A stretch of 64,000 nt of DNA, taken from an uncultured Acidobacteriota bacterium. GTDB lineage: Bacteria; Acidobacteriota; Thermoanaerobaculia; UBA5066; Gp7-AA6. The position numbers and the translations under genes were made by a program. A model generated the notes under the pieces. It was not told the origin of the DNA, ran no database searches, and worked only from the letters and a program-made list of their open reading frames with translations. The stretch is taken from NCBI GenBank assembly GCA_963733955.1, contig CAVTEW010000003.1, forward strand, positions 1,308,322-1,372,321. The letters run 5' to 3'. This document shows positions 44,372-56,153 of this stretch, piece after piece. Positions within the stretch are counted from its first letter, which is position 1; the number at the start of each line of letters is the position of its first letter.

Positions 44372-44854
44372 TTGAGACGTAGACGCAAGGGACTCAACAT
44401 TTCCGCCGACGACGCCCGGCAGGCGCTGGCCATCCTGGTGTCGGAGGGAAAGATCGCGGCGCACGAGGTGACGCGCGCGATCGAACGCAGGCAGAAGCTG
44501 ATCCGCGAGATCCGTCAGCGGCTGGAGCAGCTGGGGGCGGAGGGCGCCTCGCTGGTGACGACGGCGGTCCGGAAGGCCCGGCCGGTCGTGGCGCGGTCGG
44601 CCCGGAAGGCGGCCAAGGCTGGACGCAAGGGAGCCAAGCGGGCGCTCTCGGCGGCGACGCGGGCCAAGTACCAGGCGCAGGGCCGCTACATGGCGGCGGT
44701 GCGGATGCTTCCCAAGACCGTGCGCAAGAAGATCCGCGAAGTCCGGGAGAAGTCCGGCGTGGAGGCCGCGATCAAGGCGGCGTTCGCGGCGGCGAAGAAG
44801 TCGCCCGGCATGAAGCACACGCGCGAGATGGTCAAGCGGGTGGTCAAGGCCTGA
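44372..44854 (+). CDS. small basic Lys/Arg/Ala-rich alpha-helical protein (histone-H1-like composition)
   Basis: GGAGGG RBS then TTG 44372 in the frame of ORF 44207..44854. Composition ...RKARPVVARSARKAAKAGRKGAKRALSAATRAKYQAQ. Alternative start at 44207. Confidence 0.4.
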   Translation: MRRRRKGLNISADDARQALAILVSEGKIAAHEVTRAIERRQKLIREIRQRLEQLGAEGASLVTTAVRKARPVVARSARKAAKAGRKGAKRALSAATRAKYQAQGRYMAAVRMLPKTVRKKIREVREKSGVEAAIKAAFAAAKKSPGMKHTREMVKRVVKA

Positions 44855-45070
44855 GGAGCCGCCCTCACAAGTTCCTTATTGTAGCTCGTGATCGGCCGCC
44901 GCCACCGCTTCCCCCGAGCGGTGGCGACGGTGATCACGCGGCCATCCGGCCGGATCCGGAAGGCCGCCGGGTCCCGGCCCCCCGCGGCGCTCGGAACGAG
45001 ATCCCCCACCCTTCCAGGGGGCGTTAGGGCGTTTGAGCGGCTCGGTCTTAAGATGCGTTCCCGAGCCGAC

Positions 45071-46046
45071 CATGCACGTTCCCTTTTCGACGTACGTCGC
45101 CCGCCACGGCCTTCCCCTGGTCTTCGTCAACGTTCTGGGGGAGCAGCTGGGTCTGCCGATTCCGGCCATGCCGACCCTCATCGTGGCCGGGGCCCTGGCG
45201 GCGGAGCGGAATTTCCGGGCCTCGAACGCGCTCTTGATCGCCGTCTTCGCCTCCGTCCTGGCAGACAGCGTCTGGTACCTTCTGGGTCGGCGCTACGGCT
45301 TTCGAGTTCTGAAGACCCTCTGCCGCGTTTCGCTGTCGCCCGACTCGTGCGTGCGGCAGACCACGCTCCTGTTCGAGAAATGGGGAATGCCGTCGTTGCT
45401 CGTCGCCAAGTTCGTTCCCGGATTCTCGACCGTGGCGCCGCCGCTGGCCGGCGCGGTCGGAGCCTCGCTCCCGGCGTTTCTGCTCTTCGATTCGGGCGGG
45501 GCGCTGCTCTGGGCCGGCGCCGCGATCGGAGTCGGGATGGTCTTTCATCGGGCCGTCGACCGGATCCTCGCGTTCCTGACCTCGCTCGGGGGTTGGGCCC
45601 TGGTTCTCCTGGGCGGCGCCCTGCTCGTGTTCGTCGCCTGGAAGTGGTGGCAGAGACGGCGGTTCTACAAGTTCCTCCGGATGGCGCGGATTACCGTCGC
45701 CGACGTGTCGACTCTCATGGACGCGGGCGAGAAACCCCTCGTGCTCGACGTGCGCACCGACGCCGCCCGCCGCGCCGACCCGCGGCGCATCCCCGGCGCG
45801 CGCCCGATGACCTTCGATCGGATCTCCGAGAACCTCCGCGATTTGCCACTCGACCGCGACATCATCCTGTATTGCACGTGACCCAACGAAGCATCGGCGG
45901 CCCGTGTGGCCCGCGCGCTGATTGACCAGGGGTTCACCCGCGTCCGGCCCCTGGCCGGAGGTCTGGAGGCCTGGGTCGACGCCGGTCTGCCGGTGGAGAC
46001 CGACACGGAGATGGCTCCCGCGCCCGAGAAAGCCGCATCCGTCTGA
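45071..46046 (+). CDS. DedA-family membrane protein fused to a C-terminal rhodanese domain, with an in-frame TGA at 45879-45881
   Basis: DedA N-terminus (LVFVNVLGEQLGLPIP...). Rhodanese-like C-terminus ...DIILYCT[TGA]PNEASAARVARALIDQGFTRVRPLAGGLEAWVDAGLPVE continues in frame for 54 codons to TGA 46044-46046. Confidence 0.55.
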
Positions 46047-48616
46047 TGAACGGTTCCTCGGTCGATCGGAAGGTCACCGCCGGCCTGCTCGCGTCGGCGG
46101 GGCTCACGGCCCTCGCGTTGTTGTCCTATGCGGCGGGCTGGAGCCTCTGGCTGCCGGGCCTGGCGGCGATCGGCCAGCTCGCGCTCCTCTTCGCCTTGCA
46201 GCTCGTCCTCCGACGCGAGCTCGGAGGGCATTCGCGCGCGGCGCAACAGCAGCGCCAGCAGCTCGCGCTCACCGCGGCCATCACGGAGAACCTCGGGGAG
46301 GGGGTGTACGCGCTGGACGAGGCCGGACGCTTCACCTTCGTCAATCCGAGCGCCGAACGGATGCTCGGCTGGAGCGTCGCGGACCTGATCGGCCGCCCGG
46401 CGCACGCTACGATCCATTTCCAGCGAGCCGATGGTTTGCCCTTCCCGCCGGAGGACTGTCCGCTCGTCACCGTGCTCGCTTCCGGCCTCCCGTACAAGAA
46501 CCACGATGACGTTCTGACCCGCCGGGACGGCACGATGTTCCCGGTGGCCTACAGCTCGACGCCGATCCTGGAAGGAGGCCGTGTCCGCGGCGCGGTGGTG
46601 GCCTTTCACGACATCGCCGATCGCAAGCGCGCGGAGTCCGACCTGGCCGAGCGCGTGCACCTGGCGGCCTTCGCCGCGGCGATCGGCGCAGCGCTGACCA
46701 AGGCGGACAGCCTGGGCCACGCCCTGAACCTGTGCACCGAGGCGATGGTGCGGCACCTGGGAGCGGCCATGGCTTCGATCTGGAGGCTGGACGAGAAGGA
46801 CGGCGTCCTGGAACTCGTCGGAAGCGCCTGGTCGGACCGCCCCCTCTTCGGGCCGGCCGGCCGGGTTCCGGTCGGTGAGTTTCGCATCGGGGCGATCGCG
46901 CGTGACCGCCGGCCCGCGCTGATCGATCTGTCCGCCGGTCCGGAGCGCGAGGACGACAAGGACTGGGCCACCCGCGAGGGAATGACCGCCTTCGCCGGCT
47001 ATCCGATGATCGTCGAGGACCGCGTCGTCGGCGTCCTGGCTCTTTTCGCCCGCCGCCGCCTGACGGAGGTGGCCCTGGACGGTCTGGCCAGCGTGGCCGA
47101 CGAGATCGCCCTGGGAATCGACCGCGCCCGCGCGGCCCAGGCTCTGGAAAAGAGCGAGGCGTCCACGCGCGCGCTCCTGCAGAACATGCTGACCGGCGTG
47201 ATCACCACCGACGAGCGGGGCGTCATCGAAACGGTCAATCCGGCGGCCGAGAGGACGTTCGGCTGGCCGGCGCAGGAGCTGATCGGGCGGCAGCTGGCAA
47301 CGCTTCTCCCGATCGACGACGGGGCGGGCGCCCGGGCCTTCCTGCGGGATGCGCGGGACAAGGCGCTGGGCCGCGTGACGGAGTGGGAGGCCCGGCGCAG
47401 GAACGGCGAAGTCTTTCCCATGGAGCTCGCCCTCTTCCACTTCCAGACTCCCGACGGCGGGAGGCATTTCGCGGGAAGCGTGCGGGACATCTCCGAGCGC
47501 CGCGAGGTGGATCGGTTGAAGAAGGAGTTCGTCTCCACGGTCAGCCACGAGCTGCGCACGCCGCTGACCTCCATCCGGGGATCGCTCGGACTGCTCTCGG
47601 GGGGCGTGCTCGGCGAGCTGCCCGCCGAGGCCAAGGAGATCGTCTCCGTGGCCGAGCGCAACGTCGTGCGCCTGGTGCGATTGATCAACGACATCCTCGA
47701 CCTGGAGCGGCTGGACACGGGGCGGATGGAGATGCGCTTCGAGGACCTGCCGGTCGCCGATCTCGTGGCGCGCTCGCTCGAAGCGGTGCGCGCCTTCGCC
47801 GACGCGGAGGGAGTGGTCCTGGAGGCAGGCCCGACGCAGGCGCGCGTCCTGGCCGACGGGGATAGGGCCGTCCAGGTTCTCGTCAACCTCCTGTCCAACG
47901 CGATCAAGTTTTCGCCGCGCGGCGGCCGTGTGTCCGTATCGGCCGCTGCCTCCGGCGACGGAATCGAGATCCGGGTCGCGGACCGCGGGCGGGGCATTCC
48001 CGCGGCGCAGCGGGAGTCGGTCTTCGAGCGGTTCCGCCAGGTGGAAGCCTCCGACGCGCGGCAGAAGGGAGGCTCGGGACTGGGCCTGGCCATCTGCAAG
48101 GCGATCGTCGAACAGCACGGCGGCACGATCGGCGTGGAGAGCGAGGAGGGGAAGGGCTCGACCTTCTGGTTCCGACTCGCCGCCGCGCGCGCCGCGGCGC
48201 AATCGGACTCGGGAACCGGCGCGGGAGCGCTGGAGGCCCTGGTCGTCGAGGACGACGAGACGCTGGCCGGCCTCCTCGAACGCCAGCTCGGAGGCGAGGG
48301 CCTCTCCGTTCGCGTGGCCCGCTCGGGCGCCGAGGCCCTGAGCTGCGCCCGCGAGCGCCGGCCCAACCTCCTCGTGCTCGACATCGAGATCCCCGACGGC
48401 GACGGCTTCTTCGTCGTATCGTCCATGCGCGAGGACCCGCGGCTCCGGACGGTGCCGCTCCTGGTCTACACTGCCCAGGATTTGACTGCCGCGGAGCGGG
48501 AGCGCCTGCGCCTGGGGCCCACCCGGTTTCTCACCAAGTCGCGCTCCAGCGAAGACGGCCTTCGGGCCGCTGCGCGCGAGCTGGTGGGGCAGGGTGAGTC
48601 GGGAGGCCTGGCGTGA
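46046..48616 (+). CDS. hybrid sensor histidine kinase (2 TM - PAS - GAF - PAS - HisKA - HATPase - REC)
   Basis: VSHELRTPLTSIRG H-box, HATPase N/G boxes, C-terminal receiver LVVEDDETLAG...DIEIPDGDG. Confidence 0.9.
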   Translation: MNGSSVDRKVTAGLLASAGLTALALLSYAAGWSLWLPGLAAIGQLALLFALQLVLRRELGGHSRAAQQQRQQLALTAAITENLGEGVYALDEAGRFTFVNPSAERMLGWSVADLIGRPAHATIHFQRADGLPFPPEDCPLVTVLASGLPYKNHDDVLTRRDGTMFPVAYSSTPILEGGRVRGAVVAFHDIADRKRAESDLAERVHLAAFAAAIGAALTKADSLGHALNLCTEAMVRHLGAAMASIWRLDEKDGVLELVGSAWSDRPLFGPAGRVPVGEFRIGAIARDRRPALIDLSAGPEREDDKDWATREGMTAFAGYPMIVEDRVVGVLALFARRRLTEVALDGLASVADEIALGIDRARAAQALEKSEASTRALLQNMLTGVITTDERGVIETVNPAAERTFGWPAQELIGRQLATLLPIDDGAGARAFLRDARDKALGRVTEWEARRRNGEVFPMELALFHFQTPDGGRHFAGSVRDISERREVDRLKKEFVSTVSHELRTPLTSIRGSLGLLSGGVLGELPAEAKEIVSVAERNVVRLVRLINDILDLERLDTGRMEMRFEDLPVADLVARSLEAVRAFADAEGVVLEAGPTQARVLADGDRAVQVLVNLLSNAIKFSPRGGRVSVSAAASGDGIEIRVADRGRGIPAAQRESVFERFRQVEASDARQKGGSGLGLAICKAIVEQHGGTIGVESEEGKGSTFWFRLAAARAAAQSDSGTGAGALEALVVEDDETLAGLLERQLGGEGLSVRVARSGAEALSCARERRPNLLVLDIEIPDGDGFFVVSSMREDPRLRTVPLLVYTAQDLTAAERERLRLGPTRFLTKSRSSEDGLRAAARELVGQGESGGLA

Positions 48617-48978
48617 GGGTGCTGATCGTCGACGACGAAGAGGATATCCGCCGGATCGGCCGGCTGGCGCTGGCCCGCGTGGGCGGAATGGAAGTGGTGG
48701 AGGCCTCGGACGGAGCGGAGTGTCTGCGGCGGGCCGCGGAGGACCATCCGGACGTCGTGCTGCTGGATCTGATGATGCCCGGGATGGACGGAGCGGCGAC
48801 GCTGCAGAAGCTCCGGGCCGATCCGGCGACCGCGGCGATCCCCATCGTGTTCCTGACGGCCAAGGCGCAGCCGTCGGAAATTGCCAAGCTCAAGGAGATG
48901 GGCGCGGTCGGCGTCCTGACCAAGCCGTTCGACCCGATGACCCTTTCGGAACGGCTCAAGGCGCTGCTTCCGGCCTGA
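48613..48978 (+). CDS. single-domain response regulator (CheY-like receiver)
   Basis: GTG start overlapping the kinase stop (GTGA). VLIVDDEEDIRR...DLMMPGMDG...TAKAQP. Confidence 0.85.
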   Translation: MRVLIVDDEEDIRRIGRLALARVGGMEVVEASDGAECLRRAAEDHPDVVLLDLMMPGMDGAATLQKLRADPATAAIPIVFLTAKAQPSEIAKLKEMGAVGVLTKPFDPMTLSERLKALLPA

Positions 48979-48997
48979 CCGGGCCGGCCGGCGAATC

Positions 48998-49331
48998 CAT
49001 GGACGACGTCGAGGAAGCCCTCCAGAAGTTCCGGGAGGAGTTTCTGCGCGCCTCGCGCGAGCGGGCCGGCGAGATGGAGAGCCTCCTGGCGAGCCTTCGG
49101 GCTCGGCCGGCCGATCCGGTCCTCTTGGGGCCTCTGGAGCGCCACTTTCACGGGCTGGTGGGCACCGGAGGAACCTACGGCTATCCCCGCGTTTCCGAGC
49201 TCGCGGCCCAGGGCGAGATCGATTGCCGGAGCGTTCTCGAGGCGCAGGGCGCAGCGGCTCCCGAGCAGCTCGAGCGGTGGGCTGCCCTGGTGAAAGAGAT
49301 TCGCCGCGCCCTCGAGGGCGCGGGGTCCTAA
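48998..49331 (+). CDS. Hpt-like histidine phosphotransfer protein (putative)
   Basis: Small helical protein with RHFHGLVGTGGTYGY, resembling the Hpt HxxKG...G motif. Confidence 0.5.
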
Positions 49332-49756
49332 GGGCCCTGTCCCAATCGTTCGCGACCGGATTCGTGATTGCTTGGGTGTACTCACCGATCCGGGTATCCA
49401 CGTCTCCGTCGATCGGCAAAGAAGGCGCCCGCAGTCACCGGCGTTGCCCTTGGCGGCACGCGGCGGCCCGGCCGCGGAGAGTCGCCACCGGGCCGCCGCT
49501 CCGGTCACTCGGGCACAGAAACGGCCTGGTATCGTGGTCACCGTGGCGTGTGCCCTCGGACAGGGCCGCCGCCGGGCAACGCCGGCGGCGATGAGCGAGG
49601 GCGCAAGGAATGCAGGACGATTCGCCGGTCTGAGGCCGCGACCGAGCGACCAGCGACGGCCCGGTCGTCTCCTTGAGCGGCCTGGCCGGAGCGGACCGAC
49701 GAGGGAGACGGCCCGACGCCGGGGCGTCTTTGCCACCAAACTCCTGGGACAGGCTC

Positions 49757-50758
49757 TTAGCCTCCGAAGACCGCGCGCGTCCAGCGGGCCCAGAAGGCCC
49801 GCCAGACCGAGGGCCGGCGCGGCAGCAGCGGAGTTCCCATCTCGAATCGCCAGAGCTCCAGCGCGTCCGCGTCGAGCGCGAGGGCCGCGGCGCGCGTGAC
49901 GCCGGGGGGCGGCGGCGAGAGACGAGCCAGGGCGTCGTACACGCGTTCGCGGCTCCCGCCCTCGGTGCGCGAGAGCAGGTGCCAGAGCGAGAGCGCGTCG
50001 GCCGGCCTCGCCAGGGCCAGGATCTCGTCCAGCGCGGCGGCGTCCCGTCCCGAGTCGAACCGCTCCAACGCCGCGAGGAGCGCCGGCGGCGCCCCGTCGA
50101 TCCAGGGCGTCCCCGGCCCGCGTCCCGGCCGCGTCGCGTCGGCGTACCCGGCGGGAACGATCGCGGAGCGGCCGCCCCAGGACATTTCCACCCAGCCTCG
50201 CGACACCGCGACGCGGGTCGCTCCGCCGGGCTCGACCGAGAGGGTGTACTCGCAGCCGAGGTCGACCGTCCGCGCCGAGGACGTCTCCACGGAAAAGAGG
50301 CGCGGCGGGGCGGAGATGGTGGCCACGATCTTTCCCCGCGCCAGGGCGATGCGCTGATCGCGCAGCGAGGAGGCGACGAGCCGGAGCCGGGAGCCCGGCT
50401 CGACGACGATCTGCCCCAAACCGGCCGCCTGCAGCAAAGCGTGCGAGCCCTGGTCCGTTTCCAGCCAGTCGCCGACGCCGAGTCGGTGTCCGGCCTCGGG
50501 GCTGGGGCGCTGCGCGGAAGGGCCCGACCATCGGGCCACCCTCCAGGAGCCGGCCGGGCCGATCCAGCCCCACCAGGCCAGGCCGGCGCAGAAAAAGACG
50601 GCGGCGGCCGCGGCCAACGCGCCGGGCCAGACACGGCCGGGGCGGCGCGGGAGAAGCGGCGGTTCTGCGCGCAGCCGCAAGCGGCCGAGGAGCCTCTCCA
50701 GGCGCTGCACCTCGGCGTCGGCCTCGCCGCTGCCGTCCCAGAGGTAATCGTCGTTCAT
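49757..50758 (-). CDS. FecR-family anti-sigma factor (single TM, periplasmic FecR-like domain)
   Basis: MNDDYLWDGSGE N-terminus, TM segment, then the FecR-like GDWLETDQGSHALLQAAGLGQIVVEPGSRLRL. ATG overlaps the sigma stop (ATGA). Confidence 0.7.
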   Translation of the reverse strand: MNDDYLWDGSGEADAEVQRLERLLGRLRLRAEPPLLPRRPGRVWPGALAAAAAVFFCAGLAWWGWIGPAGSWRVARWSGPSAQRPSPEAGHRLGVGDWLETDQGSHALLQAAGLGQIVVEPGSRLRLVASSLRDQRIALARGKIVATISAPPRLFSVETSSARTVDLGCEYTLSVEPGGATRVAVSRGWVEMSWGGRSAIVPAGYADATRPGRGPGTPWIDGAPPALLAALERFDSGRDAAALDEILALARPADALSLWHLLSRTEGGSRERVYDALARLSPPPPGVTRAAALALDADALELWRFEMGTPLLPRRPSVWRAFWARWTRAVFGG

Positions 50759-51340
50759 GGCTCCTGGCCCCGCATCTTCGCGCGCAGCATCGCCATCCCG
50801 CGGTGGAGGTTGACCCGGACGGATCCCGGAGTCAGGCCGCAGCGCCGCGCGATCTCCGGCCCGGTCAGTCCTTCGACCAGCCGGAGGACCAGCGTCTCCC
50901 GGTAGGCGTCGGGCAGGGTTCGGACGAGATCCAGAACGGCGGCGGCTTCGCGCTCGCCGGAATCCGGGGCCGGCAGATCCCGCGGAAGCTCCTGCGTGGG
51001 AGCCGCGCGCCGGTGAAAATCGCGGGCGCGGTTGCGTGCGATCGCCGCGATCCACCCGCCGAAGGCGCCGTCGTCGCGCAGCGTGACGAGGCGCCGGTAG
51101 GCCCGCAGGAAGACGTCCTGCACCAGGTCCTCCACTTCGAGGCGCGGAAGGCTCGCGAGCAGGATCCCGTGGACCATCCCGGCGTACCGCCGGTACAGGA
51201 TCTCGAAGGCGGCGCGATCACCCCGCCGGGCCGCGGCCACGAGGCCGGGGTCCTCGCGCGCCGCATCCTCCGCCGCCGCGGTCACGCCGCGACGTTGTCC
51301 GAATGCCGGCGGGCCGTCAAGCGCGACCTGCAGGAACACA
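50755..51340 (-). CDS. ECF sigma-70 factor
   Basis: GGAGGAGG RBS then GTG 51340. Region 2 VEDLVQDVFLRAYRRL, region 4 LTGPEIARRCGLTPGSVRVNLHRGMAMLR. ORF 50755..52725 over-extended. Confidence 0.8.
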
Positions 51341-51467
51341 CTCCCACCTCCTCCGCGAAGAGAGGACGCAGGCGGGGCGGCGAGCGTTAGCGCGCCTTGC
51401 TCCCTCGTTGAAGGCGATGAGAAATCCGGGCGATCGATCCGACGAGGCAACGTCCGCCGGAACGGGC

Positions 51468-52304
51468 TCAGGCCTCGTGGCCGCGGGTCAGCGCGCAGAC
51501 CGCCAGGAGCGAGCGGATCATTCCCGGCACGATGCGGACGTCGAGCTGGGTCGAGGCGTCCGAGAGCGCCCGTTGCGGATCGTCGTGGACCTCCAGGAAG
51601 AAGCCGTCGACGGCGCCGGTGGCCGCGGCCGCCCGCGCGAGCGCGGGCGCGTACTGCTTGAGCCCCCCGGTTTCCTTCCCGCCCCCCGGCAGCTGCAGGG
51701 AATGCGTGATGTCGTAGACGATCGGGTATCCGAATCGCCGCATCATCGCAAACGAGCGCATGTCCACCACGAGATTGTGGTACCCGAAGGAGGCGCCCCG
51801 CTCGCACAGGAGGATCCGCGCGTTGCCGGCGGCGGACACCTTTTCGGCCGCCTGGCCCATGTCGTCCGGCGCGAGGAACTGCCCCTTCTTGATGTTGATC
51901 GCCTTGCCCGTCTTCGCCGCGGCGACGAGCAGATCGGTCTGGCGCGAGAGAAATGCGGGAATCTGCAGGACGTCGAGGACCTTCGCGGCGATCTCGGCCT
52001 GGCCGGGCTCGTGGATGTCCGAGAGCAGGGGAAGTCCCGTCCTGGCCTTGACGTCGGCCAGGATGTCCAGGCCTTCCTGGAGGCCCGGCCCACGGAACGA
52101 CTCCCTGGAGGAGCGGTTGGCCTTGTCGAACGACGACTTGTAGACGATGCGCGCGCCGGACTCTTGCGCGACCGCTTTCAAGAGCTCGGCCATGGCCAGG
52201 GCGTGCTCCCGCGACTCGATGACGCACGGACCGGCGAAGAACACGGGCGGCGCGCCGTCGCCGATGACGTAGCCCGGCGCGATCTCGAATGGAGGAACGT
52301 GCAT
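51468..52304 (-). CDS. kdsA: 2-dehydro-3-deoxyphosphooctonate aldolase (KDO8P synthase)
   Basis: PVFFAGPCVIESREHAL...KSSFDKANRSS...GYPIVYDITHSLQ. Confidence 0.9.
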   Translation of the reverse strand: MHVPPFEIAPGYVIGDGAPPVFFAGPCVIESREHALAMAELLKAVAQESGARIVYKSSFDKANRSSRESFRGPGLQEGLDILADVKARTGLPLLSDIHEPGQAEIAAKVLDVLQIPAFLSRQTDLLVAAAKTGKAINIKKGQFLAPDDMGQAAEKVSAAGNARILLCERGASFGYHNLVVDMRSFAMMRRFGYPIVYDITHSLQLPGGGKETGGLKQYAPALARAAAATGAVDGFFLEVHDDPQRALSDASTQLDVRIVPGMIRSLLAVCALTRGHEA

Positions 52305-52314
52305 CGGAGAACCC

Positions 52315-54757
<2,443 letters not shown>

Positions 54758-54982
54758 GGGCAGGCGGTCTCCCGGTGGCCGCCGCGCCCGGGTGAGGCCG
54801 CGGGGTCGCACGGAGAGATGCCGGCCCGAGACGAGGCGCCGTGCGCCGCGACGTCCCAAGGCGAAGGCCGGCAAAACGAATCTCTCGTGCGAACTCCTTG
54901 CAGCGGGCAGCCCCGAAATCCGCGCAGATGACCCGGTCCCAATTCCGATCGCCGCTCAGCCCCCAGCTCTCGATCCGGCCGG

Positions 54983-55663
54983 GTGACCACGAATGGCCCG
55001 GGACTAAAGTGTATCCTTCGCCCCGACTTGCGTCAAACCGGATTCGATCGCCGGCGAGCGCTGGCTTGCATCGCCGTCCTCGCGGCCGCGACGGCCGCCG
55101 GCGGTCTGCTGTGGGCGATTCTCCGGGGCCGAGCGGACCGGTCCCTCGGACAGATCGCGGGCGCGCGCTGGATCTGGTTCTCCTACGGAACCGAGCATCC
55201 GGAGCCGATCCGCTTCTTCGCCGGACGCGAGTTTCGCTGGAGTGGGGGGGGCGCGGCTTCCACCCGCGCTCGCGCCCGCGCCCTCGTCTTCGTCGATCGA
55301 CAATACGTCCTGACGGTCAATGGACGCCGCGTTGGATCCGGAGGGCAGAAGCCGGGGGATCGTCTGGACGCCTACGACCTGTCCGGCCTCGTGCGGCCCG
55401 GGTCCAATCGCATCGTGCTGGAGGCCGAGAGCCCGACCGGCGCCGGCGGCATTCTCTTCTCGCTGAAGCTGCCCTCGGGAGATCGGATCGTTTCGGACCG
55501 CGCCTGGAGAGTTGGCCTGGTGGAGGGCGACCTCTTTTCCAGGGGCGCCGCCCCGATCGTCTGGGGAAGGCCTCCGATGTACCCCTGGGGTTACCCGGCG
55601 CCGCCGGCGTCGACGGCCGCGGCCATCAGAGCGTCCAGGGCCATGCGGGCCGCCGCGCAGTAG
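54983..55663 (+). CDS. hypothetical membrane-anchored protein
   Basis: ORF with an N-terminal TM segment. Its 3' end overlaps the convergent ORF 55591..56001 by 73 nt, so one boundary is probably wrong. Confidence 0.35.
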   Translation: MTTNGPGLKCILRPDLRQTGFDRRRALACIAVLAAATAAGGLLWAILRGRADRSLGQIAGARWIWFSYGTEHPEPIRFFAGREFRWSGGGAASTRARARALVFVDRQYVLTVNGRRVGSGGQKPGDRLDAYDLSGLVRPGSNRIVLEAESPTGAGGILFSLKLPSGDRIVSDRAWRVGLVEGDLFSRGAAPIVWGRPPMYPWGYPAPPASTAAAIRASRAMRAAAQ

Positions 55664-56001
55664 GGGTTGTCCGTCGCGTAGCCGGAGAGGGCGATGACCT
55701 TGCCGTAGGCGGCCACCGCAAGGTCGACGTTGTTCAGCCCGCGGTCGTGGATCTGGGCCACCAGGAGCCGGGTGGGCAGATGGTCGGGATGGACCTCCAG
55801 CGACTTGCCGCAGAAGATGAGGGCGACGTCGTAACGCTCCTCGGCCGCGGCGAGGCAGGCGCGCCGGTAATAGAGCTGGACCTCGTCCGCCGCGTTCTCG
55901 CGGGCGGGCAGGAACGGTGCGATTTGCCGGATCGTCTGCGCGAGGCCGGTCCAGGAGCTGGGGCGTTGCGACATGACTTCGCTCTGATTATAGACAGGCA
56001 T
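55591..56001 (-). CDS. small TPR-like protein (hypothetical)
   Basis: Preceded by an AT-rich promoter-like region (56002-56153). TPR-like helices. Confidence 0.4.
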   Translation of the reverse strand: MPVYNQSEVMSQRPSSWTGLAQTIRQIAPFLPARENAADEVQLYYRRACLAAAEERYDVALIFCGKSLEVHPDHLPTRLLVAQIHDRGLNNVDLAVAAYGKVIALSGYATDNPYCAAARMALDALMAAAVDAGGAG

Positions 56002-56153
56002 GCCCCGGGCACAAGAAAAATTTAGGATTTTTCGCCAAACAGCCTTCTTTTTTATGGGTTAGGAAAGAACCGCGCTTCGCCTAATTATTTTCGGAAACTT
56101 AGCTGATTGTCCTTATTGTGAACGTGCCGGCCGGGTCGCGCGACGAACCGTGG

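Noticed and set aside
45879-45881. Confident selenocysteine call
   Set aside because: No recognisable SECIS and no sel genes in the window, and a Cys is already present two residues upstream. Kept only as a hypothesis in the findings.
45665-48202. 845-aa minus-strand ORF
   Set aside because: Antisense to the hybrid histidine kinase. No motifs.
49757-51055. 432-aa and 656-aa ORFs as annotated for the third anti-sigma and sigma
   Set aside because: N-terminal extensions are Arg/Pro-rich noise. Trimmed to the internal starts 50758 and 51340, which have ATGA overlap and an RBS.
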